The translations under genes and the position numbers were made by a program. From a virus: a stretch of DNA of 41,669 bases. Below, piece after piece: positions 32,445-38,977 of the stretch. The stretch lies in the IMG/VR virus record IMGVR_UViG_3300025119_000002. The stretch is one strand, 5' to 3'. The notes beneath the pieces are model-generated. The model had not been told where the DNA came from. It saw only the letters and a list, made by a program, of their open reading frames with translations, and searched no databases. Every line of letters begins with the position of its first letter. The stretch's first letter is position 1.

Positions 32445-32800
32445 GCTGTTCTCCCTGGGTGCTTATCGTGAATGTGCCGGGCGAGCGCAGTAAACGAACG
32501 CTTGCAGTACGGGCAGATACCATTGCCTACACGCTTTTTCAGCCTGACGAGTTCTTTATCCCTCGCGTCAGCCCGAGCTTTCCACCAATTTTGATCTGCA
32601 CGGGCGCTCTCCAACGCTTTGTGGAGTCGCTCCGTCTCGCTTTCTTTCCACGTTCCAACGTGCCCGTTGGGACAGGTGATCGAACCGCCTACCCTGCGCC
32701 GCTCGTCGCACGTCCGCTTCGGAACGAAGTATACGATGCCGCATTCAGGGCACTCGTGTTGTTCCATCACCTGCGGTATTGGAATTGGCAATGCAGCCAT
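32441..32800 (-). CDS. Zinc-finger/coiled-coil hypothetical protein
   Basis: CPECG...CPNGH...CPYC...H..H pattern. GGAGGTGA SD upstream of the ATG. Confidence 0.6.
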   Translation of the reverse strand: MAALPIPIPQVMEQHECPECGIVYFVPKRTCDERRRVGGSITCPNGHVGTWKESETERLHKALESARADQNWWKARADARDKELVRLKKRVGNGICPYCKRSFTALARHIHDKHPGRTA

Positions 32801-32918
32801 TTATCTCACCTCCGTTTCATGCTCGCTTTCCTCGCCCACCGCCCGCCAGCGACAGGGGGCCGGTGGCTCTGGTACGGGACCTCCTTCCAGGCAAGGCTCG
32901 GGGCCTCGCCGAACTTGG

Positions 32919-33659
32919 CTAGACCTTCACCCACCAACGCGCCCGCTGGACGTTATTTTTCCAGCGGACAACGAGGCGGAACAGCCCTCGTGCATCGCCG
33001 GTGTATTCGACGCCGGCGTTCCAGTCCGGGAAGGACTGGTGGCAGGCGTAGGCGTTGGGGTCGTCCCCGCCGATCGGCCACAGCACGGCAGAGCCAGAGT
33101 ACACAGGCTCCAGCGGTGGGGGCGGCGCCGGCTTCACGTAAGGCACCCACGGCTCCTCGATGACACGAGTGTCGCCGAAGTCCGGCAGCAGGAACTCCAG
33201 CTCGTCCATCGTGTTGTTCGGGTGCGTAAGCGCCCGGTCAAGCTGAATGACCACGCACCGCTCCCGGCCGTCGTCCCTAGGGCGCTCCAAAGCCTGGTTG
33301 ACGGCATGGACACGCACCCATTTCTCACTAGACGTGAAACTGTGATACCCCCCGTGGGTGAATGTGCCAGCGGGGAAGCCGGGTCTGGCGACCACCAGAT
33401 AGGTGATGATCGGTGGCTTCCCTTCCGCACCCGGGATCGTGGGTTCGTCAACGACCTTAACGGCCGCCCAACTCGCTTTGCCGTGCTTGGTGAGCCAGTC
33501 GATGAAGCGCTGGACTTCAGGGTCGGCCAAGTTGACGGAAGGCGGCTCCGGGCCATACTTGCGCGAAACGACGCCGCCTGTAGAAACGTGATAAGGCGAA
33601 GGCGGAACTGGCTCAGAAGCCGGTCCCAAAAAGCCTGTCAAGAAACTGCCTGTAGTCAT
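32919..33659 (-). CDS. Hypothetical protein (246 aa)
   Basis: Protein-like composition. The long plus-strand ORF 32619..33866 is its codon-aligned antisense. Confidence 0.6.
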   Translation of the reverse strand: MTTGSFLTGFLGPASEPVPPSPYHVSTGGVVSRKYGPEPPSVNLADPEVQRFIDWLTKHGKASWAAVKVVDEPTIPGAEGKPPIITYLVVARPGFPAGTFTHGGYHSFTSSEKWVRVHAVNQALERPRDDGRERCVVIQLDRALTHPNNTMDELEFLLPDFGDTRVIEEPWVPYVKPAPPPPLEPVYSGSAVLWPIGGDDPNAYACHQSFPDWNAGVEYTGDARGLFRLVVRWKNNVQRARWWVKV

Positions 33660-33922
33660 GATACTTTGTCCTCATTCTCTGGCGCGGGGCCAGGCTCAAC
33701 CGCCGCAGGGCGGCTCAGCTTGGGTCCGGTCGTTAGTCTCTCCGCCGTCTCCGCCAACACTCGCTCGCATATCTGCACAATCAACCCGGCACCCCAAGCC
33801 GCAGCATCATCCGGCGATTTGTTGTTCGGATCAGCGTCCTCTTCAATCCCGGAGGGAAAATTATAGGCAAGGTGCATTATCTCTTGGACCGCTTCTTGCA
33901 ACCGACGTTCACGGGTCGTCAT
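33656..33922 (-). CDS. Hypothetical protein
   Basis: 88-aa ORF with 4-nt overlaps. Confidence 0.5.
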   Translation of the reverse strand: MTTRERRLQEAVQEIMHLAYNFPSGIEEDADPNNKSPDDAAAWGAGLIVQICERVLAETAERLTTGPKLSRPAAVEPGPAPENEDKVS

Positions 33923-34131
33923 GATTCCTGCCGTTCAGTCGCCAGCTTCACCATTCGCTCTCCCTCCGGAGTGAGAGACCATGCCTTTTCCTTCATTTGA
34001 AGCTCCCACTGTAGCCACCCAACCCCAACAAGCACCTGGTAGGAAATGCCTGGCCCAGACGGTCGCTGCCCCCGGCTAAAGCGCACCAGGGCGCGTAGGA
34101 GCGCAGCTTCGTGCTGTTCGATAGCGTTCAT
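33919..34131 (-). CDS. Hypothetical protein (possible winged-helix)
   Basis: 70-aa ORF with 4-nt overlaps. Confidence 0.5.
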   Translation of the reverse strand: MNAIEQHEAALLRALVRFSRGQRPSGPGISYQVLVGVGWLQWELQMKEKAWSLTPEGERMVKLATERQES

Positions 34132-34376
34132 TTACTCCCATCGGCTTTCTGGAGCAGGCCAGCGATATAGGCGGCGCGAAGGCCACGAGCCAATATACAA
34201 TATATCGCCTCACTCGCCTTCTTATCTTTGCCCAAAGCGTCCCGAGCTTGCATCAGCGTGATTTCGCCGCACATCCAGGCAACGGCCAGTTCTACACGCT
34301 GTTCATCTACCGGCAAATGCCTCCTGGCAGGTGTTTCACGGGCCATCTCCAGCAGTGTCTTCGCTTTGTTTTCCAT
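34128..34376 (-). CDS. First leftward gene: small putative DNA-binding regulator
   Basis: I chose the ATG at 34376 with a GGAGG 4 nt upstream. It lies about 35 nt downstream of the leftward promoter. The helical GEITLMQARDALG segment looks HTH-like. Confidence 0.55.
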   Translation of the reverse strand: MENKAKTLLEMARETPARRHLPVDEQRVELAVAWMCGEITLMQARDALGKDKKASEAIYCILARGLRAAYIAGLLQKADGSK

Positions 34377-34416
34377 CGGCCCTCCAATATCCGCGTCCGT
34401 GGGCGGCACAGCAGAA

Positions 34417-34446
34417 AGTATACCCGCACGGGAAGTAGAATGTCAA
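34417..34446 (-). promoter_or_regulatory. Leftward switch promoter: TTGACA-18-TATACT
   Basis: Minus strand reads gtcTTGACAttctacttcccgtgcgggTATACT, with -35 at 34446-34441 and -10 at 34422-34417. Confidence 0.65.
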
Positions 34447-34460
34447 GACTTTTTTTTCGC

Positions 34461-34490
34461 TTGCATTTTTCCTGCCGCTTCGGGTACACT
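34461..34490 (+). promoter_or_regulatory. Rightward switch promoter: TTGCAT-18-TACACT
   Basis: -35 at 34461-34466 and -10 at 34485-34490. A T8 run separates it from the divergent -35. The ATG at 34499 lies only 8 nt past the -10. Confidence 0.5.
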
Positions 34491-34498
34491 TATTGGCG

Positions 34499-34693
34499 AT
34501 GGAGTTGATCTCGACCAAGGATGCCGCCTTGCGCATGGACCTGTCCCCCCGCCGCATCCGGCAGTTTATCGAAGATGGCCGGTTGCCGGCACAAGCCATC
34601 GGGGGCCGCTTTGCGATCCGCCCAGGGGACCTTCTCCGGCGTCGGATAGCCAAGCGAAAGAACGGTCGTCCGCGTAAGTCTCTGAAAACATAG
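34499..34693 (+). CDS. Excisionase/MerR-family HTH protein (Cro-like position)
   Basis: MELISTKDAALRMDLSPRRIRQFIEDGRLPAQAIGGRFAIRPGDL matches the HTH_17/Xis-type pattern. It is the first rightward gene. Confidence 0.7.
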   Translation: MELISTKDAALRMDLSPRRIRQFIEDGRLPAQAIGGRFAIRPGDLLRRRIAKRKNGRPRKSLKT

Positions 34694-34708
34694 AGAGAAA
34701 GATTTCTC

Positions 34709-34738
34709 TTGACAATTCTATTCCCATTGGGGTATAGT
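34709..34738 (+). promoter_or_regulatory. Sigma70-type promoter: TTGACA-18-TATAGT
   Basis: tttctcTTGACAattctattcccattggggTATAGT, followed by GGAGG and the uORF ATG. Confidence 0.7.
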
Positions 34739-34755
34739 TGTGTCTGGAGGCTGCG

Positions 34756-34809
34756 ATGATGAAGCGACCGACCATCAAGGCGCTCCGCGAGTTTGAGGAG
34801 TATCCATGA
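34756..34809 (+). CDS. 17-codon uORF, a truncated duplicate of the 5' end of 35405..35566
   Basis: MMKRPTIKALREFEEYP. GGAGG lies 5 nt upstream. Its TGA overlaps the ATG of the next gene (ATGA). Confidence 0.35.
   Translation: MMKRPTIKALREFEEYP
34759..34801 (+). repeat. 43-nt direct repeat, copy 1 (39/43 identical to 35405-35447)
   Basis: atgaagcgaccgaccatcaaggcgctccgcgagtttgaggagt versus atgaagcgaccgaccactaaggcactccgcgagttcgaggagt. Confidence 0.85.
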
Positions 34810-35393
34810 CCAACGCTGCCCTGTTGAGCTTGCTAAAGCGAAAAAAGGCCTGTCCTGAGGCCGTCGCGTGGGTTGGTACGCGAGACCTGGTCACAGCTTG
34901 GCGCGAGTGCGAACGAGCTGATTGGATGCTATGGTTTTGTGGAATTATGGCAGGCACGAAGAACTGGCCGACATGGCAACAAGTGGTGCTTGTAATGTGC
35001 ACCTGTGCTCGGCAGGCATTGCGGTTTGTGCCGGCTGGAGAAAACCGTCCACTTGCTGCAATCGAAGCCGCTGAAGTGTGGGCAAAAATGCCTACTACCG
35101 GGGCCGCCGCCAGGGCCGCCGGGGCCGCCGGGGCCGCCGAGGCCGCCGCCGGGGCCGCCTGGGCCGCCGCCGGGGCCGGCAGGGCCGCCTGGGCCGCCGC
35201 CGGGGCCGCCGGGGCCGCCGGGGCCGCCAGGACCGCCAGGGCCGGCTGGGCCGCCTGGGCCGCCGAGGCCGCCGCCAGGGCCGCCTGGGCCGACGGCGTG
35301 GCCGACTGGGCCGCTGGCGAGGCCGCCGGACACAAGATTCTGGCTGATTTGGTGCGAAAATTGATCCCTCGAATTACAGACTGCAAGAAATAA
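34806..35393 (+). CDS. Cys/Trp-containing helical N-domain followed by an Ala/Gly/Trp repeat protein
   Basis: The N-domain (KKACPEAVAWV...CERADWMLWFC...CARQALRFVP...AIEAAEVWAK) continues in frame into AAGAAGAAEAAAGAAWAAAGAG... and a normal C-terminus (ILADLVRKLIPRITDCKK). Confidence 0.65.
   Translation: MTNAALLSLLKRKKACPEAVAWVGTRDLVTAWRECERADWMLWFCGIMAGTKNWPTWQQVVLVMCTCARQALRFVPAGENRPLAAIEAAEVWAKMPTTGAAARAAGAAGAAEAAAGAAWAAAGAGRAAWAAAGAAGAAGAARTARAGWAAWAAEAAARAAWADGVADWAAGEAAGHKILADLVRKLIPRITDCKK
35098..35330 (+). repeat. 9-nt periodic GC-rich tract (GGG/GCC/GCC-type units)
   Basis: Read directly: ggggccgccgccagggccgccggggccgccggggccgccgaggccgcc... Five of the six frames are ORFs in the supplied track. 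Confidence 0.85.
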
Positions 35394-35404
35394 TCGGTGC
35401 GGAC

Positions 35405-35447
35405 ATGAAGCGACCGACCACTAAGGCACTCCGCGAGTTCGAGGAGT
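35405..35447 (+). repeat. 43-nt direct repeat, copy 2
   Basis: See copy 1. This copy is the intact 5' end of the 53-aa gene. Confidence 0.85.
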
Positions 35448-35566
35448 GGCTCGAAAAGCGAGCCTGGAAAGCGGATACCGTAATTGAGCGTCAAGAAGGC
35501 CGCATGATCTTGCGGGAGTTCCGTGACAGGTTCGGATCGCGGCACAAGGAATGGGGGAAAACATGA
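35405..35566 (+). CDS. 53-aa hypothetical protein (below the track cutoff)
   Basis: MKRPTTKALREFEEWLEKRAWKADTVIERQEGRMILREFRDRFGSRHKEWGKT. Its stop overlaps the next ATG (ATGA). Confidence 0.5.
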   Translation: MKRPTTKALREFEEWLEKRAWKADTVIERQEGRMILREFRDRFGSRHKEWGKT

Positions 35567-35874
35567 CGACTATGCGTCCTGGCGGCTTCGCCCCGCATGA
35601 GCACTACTGCCGGATTTGCGGGACGACCTACGAGTGTCGCAAGACCGACTGCAATCTGCCGAACATGGTGAGGTCCTGCCGTGAATGCGACGAACGCCGC
35701 TGCCGTATCTGTCAGAAGATCGGCCCGGATAAACACCATGAAATCCCGAGTGTGCCCTATGACGACGGATGGGCGCACCCGGCATGTGTTGCGGAGGAAC
35801 GATGGGAGCGAGACCGCGAAGGCGATCCTCCCGAGCGAGAGCCGCACCAGCATCGCTTCCCGAGTGGAGTCTAG
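35563..35874 (+). CDS. Cys-rich zinc-binding hypothetical protein
   Basis: CRICG...C...C...CRECD..RCRIC pattern. ATG at 35563 is coupled to the upstream stop. Confidence 0.55.
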   Translation: MTTMRPGGFAPHEHYCRICGTTYECRKTDCNLPNMVRSCRECDERRCRICQKIGPDKHHEIPSVPYDDGWAHPACVAEERWERDREGDPPEREPHQHRFPSGV

Positions 35875-35903
35875 TGATTTTGAAAAAAAGGAGAACGAAA
35901 AAG

Positions 35904-36194
35904 ATGAAGAAGAACACTTACGTTATCGTCCGCACCTATAGTGCGGGTGTATTTGCCGGTATTCTGAAGTCCCGCAAAGGACAAGAAGTCATCCTGCTCA
36001 ATGCCCGCCGACTTTGGTATTGGTCCGGAGCGGCGACTCTATCGGAATTGAGCGTCTCCGGGGTAAAGCATCCAGACAAATGCAAATTCCCCGTGTCTGT
36101 ACCGAATGTGACGCTATTACAAGCCATCGAGATTCTGCCATGTTCGGCAAGCGCCCGTAAGAGTATTGAGGAGGTTCCCATATGGAGAGTGTGA
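35904..36194 (+). CDS. Hypothetical protein (conserved phage family, function unknown)
   Basis: AAGGAG SD and ATG at 35904. The sequence is well-behaved (VIVRTYSAGVFAGIL...ARRLWYWSGA). Confidence 0.65.
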   Translation: MKKNTYVIVRTYSAGVFAGILKSRKGQEVILLNARRLWYWSGAATLSELSVSGVKHPDKCKFPVSVPNVTLLQAIEILPCSASARKSIEEVPIWRV

Positions 36195-36418
36195 TCTGCT
36201 CCGGCTACGGCTCCGGCTACGGCGACGGCTCCGGCTCCGGCTACGGCTCCAGCTACGGCGACGGCGACGGCTCCGGCGACGGCTACGGCCACGGCGACGG
36301 CTCCGGCGACGGCTCCGGCTACGGCCACGGCTCCGGCTCCGGCCACGGCGACGGAGACGGCGACGGCTCCGGCTACGGCTACGGCTACGGCGACGGCGAC
36401 GGCTACGGGCAATCCTGA
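36182..36418 (+). CDS. Gly/Tyr/Asp/Ser low-complexity protein (78 aa)
   Basis: GAGGAGG lies 7 nt upstream of the ATG at 36182. Its TGA overlaps the ATG of the exonuclease gene (TGATG). Confidence 0.5.
   Translation: MESVICSGYGSGYGDGSGSGYGSSYGDGDGSGDGYGHGDGSGDGSGYGHGSGSGHGDGDGDGSGYGYGYGDGDGYGQS
36195..36412 (+). repeat. 6-nt periodic tract (GGC-TAC / GGC-TCC / GGC-GAC units)
   Basis: Read directly: ggctacggctccggctacggcgacggctccggc... Two forward frames and one reverse frame are ORFs in the track. Confidence 0.85.
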
Positions 36419-37065
36419 TGCCAACCCCTAAGCGAGGCTATTTCCTCGCTGACGGCGCTCGCGTGCCGGGAGTGACTACGATCCTGGGGCGATTCAAGGA
36501 TATGGGCGGGTTGCTCCATTGGGCGTGGGAAGAAGGGTGCGCCGGGCGGGACTACCGCGAGACGCGAGATGCGGCGGCTGATGCAGGTACTCTTGCTCAC
36601 GCAATGGTCGAGGCGAAAATTCGCGGTAAGCGCTTCGTCGTCCCCGAGGATACGCCCCCCGAGATTAGAAACAAAGCCTGTCAAGCCTACTCTATGTATA
36701 ATGAGTGGGCCACGCAAACAAGACTTCAACCGCTGGTAACCGAAGTGCAGTTCGTCTCGGAACAACATCGTTTTGGCGGGACTTTGGACGTGGTTCTCGT
36801 AGGCGGCAGGCGGCTACTAGGCGATTGGAAAACTTCCGGCGCGATTTACACCGAGCACCTGCTACAGCTTGCGGCCTACGACATCCTGTGGAAAGAAAAC
36901 CGGCCTGCTGAGCCGATCGAGGGCTATCAGATTGTGCGATTCAGCAAGGAGGAGGCCGATTTCGAGCAGCGATATTTCATGCAACTTGATGTTGCCGAGG
37001 AAATGTTCCTGCTCCTGCGCCGGGCATACGACCTGGATAAGAAAGTCCGAAAGAGAGTGAGGTAA
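36418..37065 (+). CDS. PD-(D/E)XK (RecB/Cas4-like) exonuclease
   Basis: GTLAHAMVE, GGTLDVVLV, LGDWKTSG and LLQLAAY motifs in the canonical order. Confidence 0.8.
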   Translation: MPTPKRGYFLADGARVPGVTTILGRFKDMGGLLHWAWEEGCAGRDYRETRDAAADAGTLAHAMVEAKIRGKRFVVPEDTPPEIRNKACQAYSMYNEWATQTRLQPLVTEVQFVSEQHRFGGTLDVVLVGGRRLLGDWKTSGAIYTEHLLQLAAYDILWKENRPAEPIEGYQIVRFSKEEADFEQRYFMQLDVAEEMFLLLRRAYDLDKKVRKRVR

Positions 37066-37068
37066 CAA

Positions 37069-37905
37069 GTGGAAAACGAAACAAGAGAATTAGCGGTGAT
37101 GCCAGCGGAGGTGGCGACGCCCGGAGGTTCCTTCAGCGGCGCCTTATCGCTGACAAGAACGCCGGAAGCGATACTGGCGGATGCTTCCCGGGCGGCCAAG
37201 GCATTGATGGCCGTCGTGCGTCGTAACGGTTGGGAAATCAAGATCGGCAAGGGCAAGCATCTGAAGGCCGAGGGCTGGCAAATGGTTGGCGGCTTCTACG
37301 GAGTTACTGCGAGAACGCGAACAGTGAGACCGATCAACTTCGGGGAGGTTCACGGCTTCGAGGCTACTGTCGATGCCGTCAGCAATGGTAACGTCATCGG
37401 AAGCGCCACGGCCATTTGCCTGAATGATGAGGAGAACTGGGGCGTGCGTCCGAAGTATGAATGGCAGGGGCCGGATGACGACCGCAAGCGAGTGAAAGTC
37501 GGCGAGGAGAAAGTGCCGATGAACCAGCTTTGTTCAATGGCGCAGACTCGTGCCGGGGCCAAGGCCCTCCGGGCCGTCTTCTCTTGGGTTGTCGCGCTTG
37601 CCGGGTATCAACCCACCCCAGCCGAGGAAATGACTGGCTTCGATCAATCGGCTGCGCAATCTCCTCCTCAGCAGGGCGGCCCGGCCAGGATCATCAGCGA
37701 CCCCCAACGCAAACGTATGTACGCGATCGGCAAAAAGGCTGGCTGGACCGATGACGAGATGAAGAAGTTGCTGGCGCGATACGGCTTCGCTCACAGCACG
37801 GAAGTGACGATCGACAAGTACGAGGAAATCTGCACGAAGCTGGAGCAGGGAACGGAGCGAGAGCCGGGAGAGGATAGACCCTCGCCCATTTCCGGGCTGC
37901 CATAA
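37069..37905 (+). CDS. Putative single-strand annealing protein (recombinase)
   Basis: It sits immediately after the exonuclease. SMAQTRAGAKALRAV-type motif, and an acidic/Pro-rich C-terminus. The family is not assigned. Confidence 0.5.
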   Translation: MENETRELAVMPAEVATPGGSFSGALSLTRTPEAILADASRAAKALMAVVRRNGWEIKIGKGKHLKAEGWQMVGGFYGVTARTRTVRPINFGEVHGFEATVDAVSNGNVIGSATAICLNDEENWGVRPKYEWQGPDDDRKRVKVGEEKVPMNQLCSMAQTRAGAKALRAVFSWVVALAGYQPTPAEEMTGFDQSAAQSPPQQGGPARIISDPQRKRMYAIGKKAGWTDDEMKKLLARYGFAHSTEVTIDKYEEICTKLEQGTEREPGEDRPSPISGLP

Positions 37906-37915
37906 CTGCGGAGGG

Positions 37916-38161
37916 TTGAACTTGTTCCGCGAAAAGAAGTCTCTGACGCACCGCAAGCAGACCCGTAAGCAGATTATCGCTCTGTTGCGGGCGCTGCCGA
38001 ATGATGTAGCGAGAGCTGAGGTGCTGGCGGCAGCGTGTACCGCCCTGCGGATCATGCAGCGGACAAGCCGAATGTTCGACGCGCTCCTCGAAGGCGAACG
38101 AAGGCGGCGTAGGAATTTCGCGTCGAGAGAACAGCAGATCATCTTGACGAGGAAGACATGA
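37916..38161 (+). CDS. Hypothetical protein
   Basis: 81-aa ORF with a TTG start in the track. Confidence 0.4.
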   Translation: MNLFREKKSLTHRKQTRKQIIALLRALPNDVARAEVLAAACTALRIMQRTSRMFDALLEGERRRRRNFASREQQIILTRKT

Positions 38162-38358
38162 CTATCGCGGATCGTGAGAAGAAAATCCGAGCAGCTATTG
38201 AATGGGTTCGGTATACAGAAAAGCGCTGGCATGATTCTTCAGCGGACACGGAAGAGATGGTGTGGAAAGGTCTTTTCATAGACGCGGAGAACAAGTTCGG
38301 CTTGCAGTGGCGAAACGTGGAGGTGGTGCTGAATGCCAAAACGACTACCAAGGATTGA
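38158..38358 (+). CDS. Hypothetical protein
   Basis: 66-aa ORF with an ATGA overlap with the upstream gene. Confidence 0.5.
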   Translation: MTIADREKKIRAAIEWVRYTEKRWHDSSADTEEMVWKGLFIDAENKFGLQWRNVEVVLNAKTTTKD

Positions 38359-38692
38359 CCCGAAGGATAGCCTGCTGATCGAGGCTGACCTGGAGAAGCA
38401 AGTCTTCGCCTTCCTCCGCGAGAAGCAGTGGCGAATTGTTCGCCATCGGCCAACGGGAACACGTGGGCACCATCGGTACCTGGGAGAAAAGAACGCTGCC
38501 GATGCTTTGATTATCCGGCCGACTAGCGTTGGCTATCTTCAAGGCTTCTTCCTGGAACTCAAGAGACCCGGTCAAAGACCGACACTTGGGCAACTGAAGT
38601 GGATGGCGGATCGAGAGCGCGAAGGTTACAGGACAACCTGGGTCGATAACCTCAAACAGTTCCGAATCTGGTACTGGAGGCAGCTCTACTGA
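38333..38692 (+). CDS. VRR-NUC domain nuclease
   Basis: EADLEKQVFAFLREKQW...AADALII...FFLELKRPGQRPTLGQLKW...GY matches the VRR-NUC D...E-x-K layout. Confidence 0.7.
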   Translation: MPKRLPRIDPKDSLLIEADLEKQVFAFLREKQWRIVRHRPTGTRGHHRYLGEKNAADALIIRPTSVGYLQGFFLELKRPGQRPTLGQLKWMADREREGYRTTWVDNLKQFRIWYWRQLY

Positions 38693-38928
38693 TGCCCTTG
38701 CCCATGTCTCGCTCACAACAACGAGTCTTCGCTGAAGTTGTCCGCTACTTCCAGGAGCAGGGGCGTTCGCCGAGCATTGCCGAAATCGCACAGCGATGCG
38801 ATTGGTCCCTGAATTACATCACGCTGGTTTTACGTGCACTCGAAAAGAAAGGCTGGCTCCGGCGCACGGTGGGAGAGTATCGGTCGATTGTGCTGATAGA
38901 GACAACTGAGTTGCGAGCGCGAGATTGA
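38692..38928 (+). CDS. LexA N-terminal DNA-binding-domain-like protein (no peptidase domain)
   Basis: SRSQQRVFAEVVRYFQEQGRSPSIAEIAQRCDWSLNYITLVLRALEKKGWL parallels E. coli LexA residues about 5-60 ([32 protein letters not shown]...HLKALARKGVI). Confidence 0.75.
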   Translation: MPLPMSRSQQRVFAEVVRYFQEQGRSPSIAEIAQRCDWSLNYITLVLRALEKKGWLRRTVGEYRSIVLIETTELRARD

Positions 38929-38977
38929 AGCAGAATTATGCCCCGCCTGTGGGCGAGAGATCGAGGAGAGTTGAGAG

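Noticed and set aside
32619-33866. 415-aa plus-strand ORF spanning three minus-strand genes
   Set aside because: Over 32919..33659 it is the codon-aligned antisense frame. Its stops would correspond to TTA/CTA/TCA codons, which a high-GC3 genome avoids. Its product is R/S/P-rich and unstructured-looking, whereas the minus-strand products look like real proteins with coupled starts.
35005-35364. Collagen-like GPPGPP frame (and the RRGRR frame) across the 9-nt repeat
   Set aside because: These frames have no SD or coupled start, and they are not continuous with the well-behaved N- and C-terminal sequences flanking the tract. Only the Ala/Gly/Trp frame is continuous with them.
34775-35545. 256-aa and 134-aa minus-strand ORFs over the Ala-repeat gene
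   Set aside because: They are open only because the GC-only repeat cannot form stop codons. They run against the local transcription direction and have no start context.
35098-36412. The two short-period repeat tracts as CRISPR arrays
   Set aside because: The periods are 9 nt and 6 nt with no spacers. Both tracts lie inside ORFs, and no cas genes are present.
36166-36417. Arg/Leu-rich (RLRLRR...) N-terminal extension of the exonuclease from a TTG at 36166
   Set aside because: The TTG lies just upstream of and abutting the SD that serves the ATG at 36182. The ATG at 36418 is stop-start coupled and gives a normal-length PD-(D/E)XK protein. I keep it only as an alternative in the finding.
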